A stretch of DNA of 64,000 bases from Curvularia clavata (lineage: Eukaryota), in contig CP089274.1 of the NCBI GenBank assembly GCA_023920165.1, forward strand, positions 2,480,001 through 2,544,000, read 5' to 3'. The notes under the pieces are model-generated. The model searched no databases and was not told the origin of the DNA. It worked only from the letters and a program-made list of their open reading frames with translations. The translations under genes and the position numbers were made by a program. Of the stretch, positions 1-10,992 are shown piece by piece (positions within the stretch are counted from its first letter, which is position 1; each line of letters begins with the position of its first letter).

Positions 1-373
1 CACCTCCATGCCCGAGGACCTTCCCATTCAGCCCGGCGGCAACCCCGCTCTCTGGGAATCCCTCTACAACGTTACAGTCTCCGTCGCCAACACCGGTGAT
101 GTCGCCGGCGCCGCTGTACCCCAGCTGTACGTTGGCCTGCCTTCTTCCGCCCCTGCCGGCACCCCCGTGCGCCAGCTCCGCGGCTTCGAGAAGGTGTACC
201 TTGAGAAGGGCGAGTCGCAGAGCGTCAGCTTCGAGCTGCAACGCCGCGACCTCAGCTACTGGGATGTTGTCAGCCAGCAGTGGGTTATTCCTGAGGGTGA
301 GTTCAACATTTGGGTTGGACTCAGCAGCAGGGATTTGAAGGTTAAGGATAGCTTTACGGTTGTTGGACAGTAA
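1..373 (+). CDS. GH3 beta-glucosidase, C-terminal part with Fn3-like domain (gene starts upstream of the window)
   Basis: ORF 8..373 has PGGNPALW, V.NTG.VAG..VPQLY, P.RQLRGFEKV.L..GES..V.F.L.RRDLSYWD and VG.SSRDL, typical of fungal GH3 C-termini. Confidence 0.93.
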   Translation, partial: TSMPEDLPIQPGGNPALWESLYNVTVSVANTGDVAGAAVPQLYVGLPSSAPAGTPVRQLRGFEKVYLEKGESQSVSFELQRRDLSYWDVVSQQWVIPEGEFNIWVGLSSRDLKVKDSFTVVGQ

Positions 374-879
374 AAGATCCTGGCCAGGAAAAGTGTTTAC
401 GTGATTATGAGTATACGAACAGATAGTTAATTTCTATTGTTTCCTAAACTACTCCTTGTGGGGTTTGATGCTCGTGATGCAAATTTCATGGGCTGAACAT
501 GCTTTGTTATCTGATATTTGATTGAGCTCCTCACACGCTGTTGTGCAGCAGTCGACGAACACCAAATCTATATCTGGTATGAGCTTACATCAGTAGCGTG
601 GCAGGGTGAGGGATCGCAATCATGCAGTGATACAGCCTCAACAAGGATAAGCCAGCACAACTTGGACATCACGGCATGTACTGAATAAGAGAGTAGAGTA
701 TGACGAGACCTTAGCGTTCCATTTTTTTTAACAACAGGCAGAATTGACTTTCCACCAAATAGCCAAATACACGAGTCCCTTCCTCCAATGCCTCCCGATG
801 CACTCAACACATTAAGGCTTTCTCGTCACCACTCGCCAACACCCACCCACCAACTCATCCCGAGCTTCTATTGCACCAA

Positions 880-1775
880 CACGCTGGAGCGACATTGACA
901 CCGTGCATAATGCCGGGCAACCTTCCATTAATGCAAACGCAACGCGAGCCAGATTCCCAGAAGCCCATCGCTGTTCCCGGACCCCCACCACACCGTCGGA
1001 TCACCGCTACTATGATCGCAGAGCCGTTCTCACCCGAAATCGCTGGAGTGACATCACACCGAAAACGATGGTCGGGGACCTTCCATTAAGGTAGAAACCA
1101 CGCTGCTCCAGAATGAGAGGTCGTTGATCGGCAGGTGTGATGTAGCTAGGGTACTGAAGAACTTGGTGCGGTGAAGTGAGGCGGAGTAGGATAGAAGTAC
1201 ATGAGAAGAGAAGAGTCTGTATGATGTTAGCACGGCACAATGGATGGCGGGAAGTGACTTACGCATCGCTGCTATCTACAAACGATGTCAATTATTTGAT
1301 AGTTATTCAGTGGCAGAAGATGAGCTTCGAAGCCACGGCAAGCAGCAGAACGCTCGCTTGAGTTAATGTTCAAGGGTGTGTGATGAACCCGAAATGATGC
1401 CAGCCACGGAAGTGCTTGCTAGAATGAGTGCCAGCGACGGTCACTCATACTGCGACTGACTTGTGGTCTTCGGTGGCTGGCAATGGCTGGCTTTTCAAAC
1501 CTGCCGATGGTTAGGAGTAGATACGAGATGCCATGAAGGCGTATACTTGTTGTTTGGCGCCCGCCTGAGCGGGTGCTCCATCTGAGCCGCATTTGCTTCG
1601 AGTTGACCGACCTTCAAGGCAAGCAAGGTGGGTTCCGACCATGGTGTCTTTGAGAGAAAGTCATGAATAAGGCTGAGAAGCGAAGGGATGTAACAGTAGT
1701 AGAAAAGTGTGAAGTTTGTTGTGTGGCTGGTGGAGGAGAAGTGGGGAGTAGTGGGTAGCAGGTATTATATAGTGA
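880..1775 (-). other. Candidate spliced non-coding or small-ORF transcript (boundaries approximate)
   Basis: Minus-strand TATATAA at 1771-1765, pyrimidine-rich leader, canonical intron 1262-1217 (GTAAGT..GCTAAC..CAG), probable introns 1546-1501 and 1460/1450-1276, and no recognisable ORF. Confidence 0.5.
882..1112. repeat. Two degenerate direct repeats (cores 882-931 and 1041-1089)
   Basis: CGCTGGAG-Y-GACAT..ACACCG-[16 variable nt]-ACCTTCCATTAA present twice, 37/50 identity by manual alignment. Confidence 0.85.
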
Positions 1776-4016
1776 GAGACAGGCGGCGCCAAGCCTGAGG
1801 CCACGTGATACGCGGCCGTTTGCTACCATACTACGTGCCCCATTTTTATGAAGTGAGGATGTTTACTCACTTCATAAAAGCGGGGCGCATTATCGTCAAA
1901 CCAGCGATAAGAGCCTCTAGGATTTTCTGCCCAGTTCTGGTGCTTTCTGTGTGGAATCCAATTGCGCCATGAGGCCACTGGCTTGTGATGTGGTGAGGGT
2001 GAAGGAGAGATATGAGTGATGCGCTGGAGCGGATGATACTTATGCCCGGTATCTGAAATCGAGTGATTAAGAGCTGAGTTATGAAGGTAATTGTATGGCA
2101 TACATGCATATGTTTGGATTATGCATCGCAAATATCTCAAATTGTGTCGGGCCCCCTTCGATAGAGGAACTGCTCAAGTTCGAAGAAGTACTAAGATGAA
2201 TGAACCCTCCTTACTGATCATATTGGCCAGTATCCTCCATTCACGAACCTTTCAATGTATGCAGTTCCTATTGGAATTTGGTATGTGTCCAATTGGAAGT
2301 GCCACACAGCTGCAGTAAAGTATTAGTAAACAAAAAGTGAGCGGCGATACCTGCCTCGAGTTATATCATGTTCCTTGCCGACTCTTTGTACTATCTAGCG
2401 TCGTGTCCGTACACTAAAGAATCTTTTGGTTAGCCAGGCTCGGGATAGGAGTGGATCGCGTCAAGCGTTCTTGAGGCCATTAGAGAACATTAGCTTACCG
2501 GATAATACTTGATCCCAACTCCACTATCCATATAGGGAAACCAAAATCCAGGTTTATGACAGTAGCGTTGCGATAATTTGCAATCTACTGCCTTGAAAGG
2601 ACCAACGCATAAGGACCCAAGGTCCGCAGAGACAAATGTGCTAGAAAAACGGCACGTGTTAGCTGTACGCCTTGGCTAGTGATGCCAAGGGCATTGTAGG
2701 TTGGGTTTACCGTACGCAGAATTGTAGAATATGGCGACAGCTTAGACTAGGCCAATGGTTGCTTAGACTGCGTGCTCTTGACTTTTATGGTGAGATGGGT
2801 GTGGAAGATTAATATGCTGAACAAACAATTGAACATTCTAAATGCGTAGGTTAGGACGAAGTTATATACCTACATATGTATCTTACGTGCATATACGCCT
2901 AAATAGAGTTTGCTTATGATCTAGAGTTGCCTTCTAGTGCTCCGAGTTTACAGATGTCCCCTCGTGTGAGACTAAACTAGCCATGCGTAATTTGGGTCGA
3001 ACGACGGCATGCAATTGGCCCAGCTTACCGAACAGTCCCATCGCAACTGCTATTGCATTTTAACCTAGTTTAGAGAACGGGGGAGTGCCATCTGCATCGC
3101 TGGGTCATATGCGTTTTAAGCTTTGTCGCCACTATGCATAGGGAGGAACCGCATTTCGATTGTTGTAATAGGCACTCGATAAGATATACTGGAGCATGAT
3201 CACATGGTACTAGTTGCGCCTGGCTACTGCTGACATTGGTACAGGTCGTACCGAACTCTGCCTATTCAAATCAACAACTATTCTGATCTAGAGCGACCAG
3301 GTCATGAAATGCGTTGACATTTAGAGAAAGGGGTTAGAGTTCCGCCGAAAGCAATGCTGGCTGAGACTAGAGCAGCTTTCCACATAAAGCCATTGCCTAT
3401 CGAGCGTGCTTTGCTGCAGGACCTATGGCTCTGATCCATCTAGTTGAACTGAATATATAGGTAAGGCGCCGACAAGATATTCCTGGCCGCTTATGCTCGT
3501 CGTGTTCCTGGGTCGATGTAGGTACAAGACGGTAAATGAGTAGAAATAGTATTGAATATGTTACATGGGTATGCTATGAGAGCGAGAATGAAATGCAAGT
3601 CAAATTCTTACCCTAATTCATGATCGAGTCCAGATTGTGCATGGATATACTCATGCGGTTGAATGTACCTCTGTTATGACAACTTGTTTACAGCTAACAT
3701 GTAAGGTAAAGAGAACTCTCAGGGTGAACGTATGAAAAATCATCCCAGAAATACTTGCAAATCAATCCATTGAGTACCCCATCAAGTCTCGTTCTCAAAC
3801 TATCGATCCGATACAGGGTGGAGAAGACCAGACGTTGAAAGCGGAAATCCGAGGCACGTCCCAATCGGAGAAACCCCGGCCTGACCCCAAAACTCCCCCG
3901 TCGCATTGTCGCGAAAGAGCTCGCAGCACCCATCTAGTACAGCGACTCCCGCCCTTCCAACGTCCTCCATCTCAGCCCCTCAATCGCACGCGCCCGACGC
4001 GCCAAACACTGCAAGC

Positions 4017-5368
4017 ATGGCCGCCGCCGAAGCCGAAGTTGCAGACGCGCTTTACAACCTGCGTCTCAGTATCAAAGCCAACTCAGCACCCATTCTCACG
4101 ACAAGCGCAACGCCCACCCCTGCAGATACCGTCAGCGATCTCTCGCAAGCAACGCACATCTCGTTCAATCTCGACTCGGGCGAACACCGCAACTTTGCGC
4201 TCAGCACACCGACGCGATTTGCGCCCGATGGCAACCCCGTGGACCTGCGCAGCTGCTACTTTGCGTGGCTCAACAAAGACGCTTCCGTTACGGATTACTT
4301 TGCCGCTGTGCAGACGCTGAATGAGGAGCTACCTAGTGGCGCGGGAGGCAGCGTGCAAAACCTGACCTTTGCGCAGAAGATTGAATTGATTGCTTGGCTG
4401 AGTGGAGAGACGGAGAGCAGTGATAGTATCGCTGCTATAGATGGCGGTGCTCTGACTGCCGCTGCAGGTGACGCCGCTGCCATTGCAGGTGGAAAAGGCG
4501 TCCCAGTCGATGCTGGCAAAGGCACCAAGGTGGGAAGTGCAGGCGGCATGATGGACGCGCGGTTACTACAGATTTACGATGGCGAGCGGAAAATGGGTGA
4601 CCATAACAGCGTCTTGCGAGGAACCAAGAACGTCGTACGTATAACCCCCATTGAAGTAAAATCAAATCAGAAGCAAGCATACTAACTCATCACCCATCAC
4701 AGGACTTCTCCTCCTACCGCAAAATCGCCGCAACCTTCCTCCGCGCCCGCCCTTCAGATCCCAAAGTCCCGCCTCCACAACCCGCTCTCGTCGCAAACCT
4801 TCAAAAGCGTCCTCAGCGCCGCCTCCAACCCATCATTCTTCTCTCACCCTCCGCCTCCTCTCTGCTTCGCACCTCAAACGTAAAAACCTTCCTCTCAGAC
4901 GGCATCTTCGTGCCCCCCAACACCACCGATTCATCCTCTACCTCCGCCAGCGCAAACATGATCCAAATCCAGCGTCTGCTACCCTCGATATCCTCGCAAC
5001 CCCTGACCTTTATCTGCGTCGATAGCACCGCCTCGTTCAAACCCACGTACTGGAGCCGTGTCGTTGCTATCTTTACTACCGGTCAACTCTGGCAGTTCAA
5101 GTCGTACAAGTACACGCAGCCCGCGGAGCTGTTTGCAAATTACCCTGGTATCTATGTCGGATGGAGCACAGAGGAGCCGCCGGAGACGGTCAAGCAGTTG
5201 GGTCGTGGTGTGTTGCCTGTCGGTGTGGACAAGTGGACTGGTAGCGACAAGGGCAGGTGGAGGGATAGGGAGGTGGTGGAGAGGATCTGGGGCAGGATTG
5301 AGGACGGTATGAGGAAGGGTGGGTGGACGAGAGATGGGCCGGGACTCGCTGGGCCGCAGGCACGGTAG
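4017..5368 (+). CDS. CDC73: Paf1 complex subunit Cdc73/parafibromin
   Basis: Exons 4017-4634 and 4703-5368 (GTACGT..CTAAC..CAG intron). Motifs DLRSCYFAWL, LRGTKNVDFS, PIILLSPSASSLL, YWSRVVAIFTTGQLWQFKSYK, RWRDREVVERIW. Confidence 0.93.
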
Positions 5369-5804
5369 AGACGAGGTATTTGAATGTTTTTTTCTTGCAC
5401 ATTGTGCATATGTCAAGTTGTTAGCACGGGATATCCGTCTTTCCCCCTTCGGAGGTGTTTTTGGCGTTATAAAAATCATGCATGGAATAGCATACTTAGC
5501 TTTGGGCATGCCTTTTGGGAATAGGTGCTAGCTTTATTCTATCATCAGTCCAAGGACTCGGAAGTTGCATTGAGAAAAAGAGTCAACAATACCACGCTTG
5601 TTGATCCGAACATTGATAAGATCGTATCTTCATGTATTTCATTCAATAGTCATTATTTAGTTTCTCACACAAGACTATCTGAGGCCCAAAGCAATGAGCG
5701 TCCTGCCCACCGATATGCACAAATGAAGCGTAACCCGCGTAATTACGAAAATAAAAAGCCAAGGCCCAAATCACTTTTTTCGTCCTTAAATCTCTTCGTC
5801 GTTT

Positions 5805-8284
5805 CTACCACTCGAGCGGCTCCTTGAGCTCCTCTCCTCTGTTTGTCTTGGGTACGGCCTGTGCCTGGATCTTAACCGGGCCCTTGCCATGTCTGCTCAG
5901 GTATCCGCTGCCATCCAGCCACGGCCAGACTGCGGTACGCTTCTGCTCATGCTTCTCAATCTTGTCGACGCTCGCCATGGTCAGGCCGATATCGTCCAGA
6001 CCATTGACAAGGCAGTGTTTCCTGAACTCCTCGACTTCGAATTTCGCGAGCTCGGTGCCATCGGCAGAGCGAATGACTTGGTTGGGCAGGTCAACCTCAA
6101 TCTCCTTGCCGGCCCTCGCTTCGTCAGCAATACGCTGAATGGTAGCCACATCTCCAATCCGGATGGGAAGCATGCCGTTCTTGAATGTGTTGTTGAAAAA
6201 GATGTCGCCGAAGGACGGTGCAATGATGCACTTGATACCAAAGTCAAGGAGAGCCCAGGGTGCGTGTTCTCGACTTGATCCGCAGCCAAAGTTGGGTCCA
6301 GTGCAGACCAGGATCTTTGACTTGCGGTAAGGCTCCTTGTTCAGGACGAAATCTGGGTTTTCCTTGTCACTGCCTGGCTCGTAGCGCCATGCGTGGAAGA
6401 GAGCGTTGCCGAGGCCGGAGCGCTTGATTGTCTTGAGGAATTGCTTGGGAATGATAGCATCAGTGTCAATGTTTGCAATGTCCATGGGCGCTGCGTATCC
6501 GCGGAGAGTCTCAAACTTGGGCATGCCTGCTGGCGCACTCGCTGTGCTTGATGTGTTGGAAGCAGTGTGTTGTGGTCCCGAACTGGGCTGGTCCATAAGT
6601 TTGTCAAACTCCTCGTCGCTGCTGGGGGGCTCCACGTGAGCGTCAAGTTCGATCTTAGGGGAACCCGAGGCGTGTGCTGTAGCATCGGGTGCGATTTTTC
6701 GTACATCGGCCAGGTTTCCTACAATGGCAGCAGCAGCGGCCATGGCGGGCGACATGAGATGAGTTCGACCACCAGCGCCCTGTCGGCCTTCGAAGTTGCG
6801 GTTCGATGTTGACGCACATCTTTCGCCGGGAGAGAGGATGTCAGGGTTCATTCCAAGACACATGGAGCATCCGGCTTCTCTCCATTCGAATCCAGCATCA
6901 AGGAAGATCTTGTCGAGGCCTTCAGCTTCCGCCTGCTTCTTGACGAGACCAGATCCAGGCACGATCATGGCACGCTTGATGTTGGAAGCAACCTTCTTGC
7001 CTTTTACAATTTGTGCAGCAGAGCGCAAGTCCTCGATACGAGCATTGGTACAAGATCCAATGAAAATCTTGTCCAAGGAAATTTCCTGCATAGGAGTACC
7101 GGCAGTCAAGCCCATGTACTTCAGTGCGCGCTCACACGCCGCCTTTTTGACCTCATCCTGGAAGTCATCGGGGCCAGGCACTACACCAGTGATGGGCACG
7201 ACATCCTGAGGCGAGGTTCCCCAAGAGACTGTTGGCGCAATGTCCTTTGCGTCGATCAAGACCTCAATGTCGTACTTGGCGCCTTCATCCGACTTCAGGC
7301 TGAGCCAGTAATTGCATGCCTTCTTCCACTCTGGGCTGTCGACCTTTGGCGCCAGGGGCCTACCCTTGAGGTATTCAATGGTAGTCTGATCTGGCGCAAT
7401 CATACCAGCTCTTGCGCCTCCTTCGATGGACATGTTGCACATGGACATACGCGCCTCCATGCTCAGGCCGCGGATAGCCGAACCGCAGAACTCGATGACA
7501 GCACCAGTTCCTCCAGCGGTGCCGATCTTGCCAATGACATGCAGGATGATGTCCTTGCTGCTAACACCGGGTCCCAGCTCACCATCGACTTGAACCTTCA
7601 TGTTCTTACTCCGTTGGGTGATGATGGTCTGTGTGGCCAAAACGTGCTCGACTTCACTCGTACCAATACCGAAGGCGAGGGCACCGAACGCGCCATGTGT
7701 AGAGGTGTGGCTGTCACCGCATACTACTGTTGTTCCAGGGAGCGTGAAGCCTTGTTCTGGTCCAATAATGTGCACAATACCCTGCCTCTTGTCATCGAGG
7801 CCAAAGTATGTGAGGTCGAAAGCCTTGACATTCTCTTCGAGGGTCATGCATTGTAACCGGGAATCGGCCTCCTCGATGAACTTCTCGGTCGTGGTAAGGT
7901 TTTTTCTTGAGGCGGTAGGGATATTCTGCCCATGTTAGTGACCAGGCAGGCCATGGAGACTTTGTAGCATACATGATCTACTGTTGCAAGAGTGCAGTCA
8001 GGTCTTCGCACTTTACGACCGGCATTGCGGAGGCCTTCAAAGGCTTGCTGTGGTTTTTTGTGAGCTTTGGAGGGGCTGATACCAATTCCGGGGTTTGCCT
8101 ACTGGTGATGTCACTTCGTGGACAAGATGCCTGTCTGCAAATGGGTTAGTTTAGAAGACTTTGAGTCTGCAGTACAAGGCGTACCAATGTAAAGCAGGAT
8201 TGTGCCATCTTCCTTCTCCTCGACAATGTGGTCCTCGAAGACCTTGTCGTACAGGGTCTGCGGTGGTTTCACAGCAGACGGCAT
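5805..8284 (-). CDS. LEU1: 3-isopropylmalate dehydratase (fused large and small subunits)
   Basis: [82 protein letters not shown]. Three short 5' introns. Confidence 0.98.
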
Positions 8285-9045
8285 GGTGGATATATACAGT
8301 ATGGATCGCACAAGAGGTCGGATTTGAAAAAAACGCAACAGGAGGGCGAGGGAAATAGGATGTAAGATGACAGACAGGTTGGCGAGGCAGATATCGGCTT
8401 AAAAGAAGGGCATGTGGAACTCTAATGGCTGGATGGCGAACAAGGCACAAAAAGGTGCTGGCCGATGTTCGGAGTCGACGGTTAGAGGGGCAAGCCCGCC
8501 AATCACACGGCGAGTGATGACTGCGCGCCTCGGTGCCCGCCGCTGGCAGCACTGCGGTATTTGCGGAATGCCAGGGTTGTGCAAGCAACGGCTGACATGG
8601 CGTTGCTCCATTGTGCATGAAACCTTGCCGCTCGTCTCTCTGGCGGTGCGGCGAAGGTCGGTTGAGGGAGTCTATCCGCAACCGATGACGAAGCTCCTGC
8701 GTTACCAGCGGCTGCGGCCAGGTCGCCATTGCCCCGCGTTCTGTCTGCCCCGCTATCCGTCTCTTGGCGACTCGCACAGTCAGCCAGAATCTGACACCTC
8801 CGATTCGCCACTTTCACATGGGTAGTGATAAACTCTAAGGATGGTAGAAGATCGAGTAGGCCCTAATACCATGCTGCTGCGCCATTCCGGGTGCTATGGA
8901 ACGGATGCATACGGCTGCCGTGGTACATACTGATGCTGATGCTGATGCTGATACTCGGTCTTATACAAAGTTTGACAACCCATTTCTAATCCAGGTAGAC
9001 ACCACCATGGTCCAAGAACACGTGCACGTCTCCCTTGCTATCTAT

Positions 9046-10533
9046 CTACAAATTGTCGGCCGTGAAGATAAGCAATGCCATGCGATGCCGAACGAACAAG
9101 CCCAGCAGTCCAATGGCGAACTGGAACACCAGCAGGCCCATGGCCAACCGATCCTCCCGCATTGGACCAAACCACACCAGCCACAAATTGATTAGCGTAA
9201 GATTGCTTGATGAAACCACCTGCCCCTCGGCATTGACTTCAACGTCCAACATCCGGAGCCGATGTAGCACTTTGAGAGTCTCCGCTATCGGTTTTCGTAG
9301 TGGCTTTGTGAATTGTACGCGTGAGGGCTCCAGTAACCCTGTCCGTGCATTGAACCGCGGAAGCCGATGTCGGGGGCACGGTACAAGATGGAAGATTTGA
9401 GGCGCTGAGTACACAAAGTTGAATGCTTGAGGTATGAGCAGCAGTATCAGTGTCTTGCTGAAGTGCCCGAGAATCGCAACAACGGCAAACACCATTCCTG
9501 CAAAATAGCAGTACGTGTCGCCCACAAACACTTTGGCCGGATACCAGTTGTGCATTAGCAGTGCTAGAGACACTCCGATGAAGGGGAGCAACAGATACAG
9601 CGAAAACAGATGCGAGTCGGTCGCTGGATGGGGGTAGGGTGTAAAAGGCGAGAGGTACAGCGTATCGTTGATGACAATCAGAAGTGCAATGACCACCGAC
9701 TGGGCCACTTCAATGCCGTTGATGCCCGCCAAGATGTTAATGCCATTGGAAGAGAAGATGGACATGAGTGCCATGTAGACATAATACAGCCATCCTATGT
9801 GTCGTTAGCACCTAGGTAAGACACGGTTACTCCAAACAAAGGGCATACCCAGATCAAACAACTCTCCCAGGTAAGGTCTCAGCGGAACAGGGACAACCAT
9901 TTGCGTGACGCCAAAGTCGACAAAGTATACCACGAGCATGGGGATGACGGCAAACGCTGGAATCAGCACCTTGTGCCGCCATCTTATGTCGAACAGGTCA
10001 TCGCCAACACCAAGCAGCACAATAGTTTGAAGTGAGAGAATGGCTGACAGGTACGATGCAAGCTTGTTGTGAGGAAATCTGTGCAGAAGTCTGCCCGTCT
10101 CGATGAGTTCCAACTCTTTGATGATGTCTCGGTTGCCGCCCCCTGAGGTGGCGACTACGATGTCCTTGTAGAAAGGCCATGGTATGAAGAAAATGATGAT
10201 GAAGAGATAGACCATTGCACACACTGCCCCCATCATCTCCGGTCTGTTAAATATTAGCATGATGCAGTGATGAGTGATGAGTGAAAGACTGAGCACTTGC
10301 ATTTCGATCTGCTTCAGCTTGCAGAGATCTTTGCCTTTGAAGCCACGCCTCATAAAGGCATCTCCGAGCCACCGTATCAATGCATAGCAAGATACAAATG
10401 CCAGTCCGCTAAATGCTATTGATGCAACAAGCGGCTCACCGTCACCGTGAAGGGTGTTTGCCAGCACGCTAACGCACGTGGCTGCCACGGACAGCAGTGA
10501 AAGTGATTCTGTCCATGATAAAGTGGTCGCCAT
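9046..10533 (-). CDS. ALG7: UDP-GlcNAc:dolichyl-phosphate GlcNAc-1-phosphate transferase (DPAGT1/Alg7)
   Basis: LLGVGDDLFDIRWRHK, NGINILAGINGIEV, NWYPAKVFVGDTYCYFAGM, PCPRHRLP, NLTLINL. Two introns, the first GC-AG (10300-10244). Confidence 0.96.
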
Positions 10534-10992
10534 GGCGATTAATGTTCACCAAAGTCGAGGTGACGGCCGTTTGCACGTGGAGGCGTGGGTTAGTCGTTTG
10601 TCGTTTGCTCGCCGCAATTATCAACCAGCCTGCCTGCGCCTTGTAACTTTTACCTACTCAACTCCACCGAATCACCTCGCCGCCATAAGCCGAACCTCTT
10701 TCTGCCGTACGTCGAACCTCGTCTGCTGGATTTGATTTTGCGTACTGCCGAGAAGTGATGTGGCTAACAAAGAGACAGGCGCAATACCGGACAACAACCC
10801 TGGGCAGCGTTCTAACAGAGACGGCAGTGTAAGCAAACAACCGAGAAACAGATACGAAGAAGCACTTTGCGCAAAGTAGCGAACGCGTTGTATTGGTACG
10901 TACACCTTCTTGCAAGGTGTTGTTTTGGCATGGTCCGGCTACTTCCAGGTTTACTAACCCGATGCGTTAGGCCCACGAACACGGGCACCGCC

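Noticed and set aside
1380..1459. Plus-strand GTGATGA...CTGA resembling box C/D snoRNA ends
   Set aside because: Opposite strand to the splice and TATA evidence, no terminal stem, and no recognisable rRNA-complementary guide. Needs snoscan before any claim
374..3900. Telomerase RNA, snRNA, RNase P/MRP or 5S rRNA in the large intergenic gap
   Set aside because: No TAACCCTAA-type template or other diagnostic conserved motif found by eye
3906..4016. TTG-initiated in-frame extension of CDC73
   Set aside because: Low-complexity C-rich leader, easily open by chance; ATG 4017 is an adequate start
7011..7856. 281-aa ORF antisense to LEU1 (and similar antisense ORFs over SEH1, MDJ1 and the cyclin)
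   Set aside because: Shadow ORFs caused by codon bias of the sense gene; no protein-like features
8151..8825. Overlapping 137-208 aa ORFs in the LEU1 promoter
   Set aside because: GC-rich promoter sequence, R/P/C-rich translations, no motifs
8931..8952. (TGATGC)n microsatellite; also (AC)n near 25086, (GT)n near 38698 and CT-rich runs near 31330
   Set aside because: Ordinary short simple repeats
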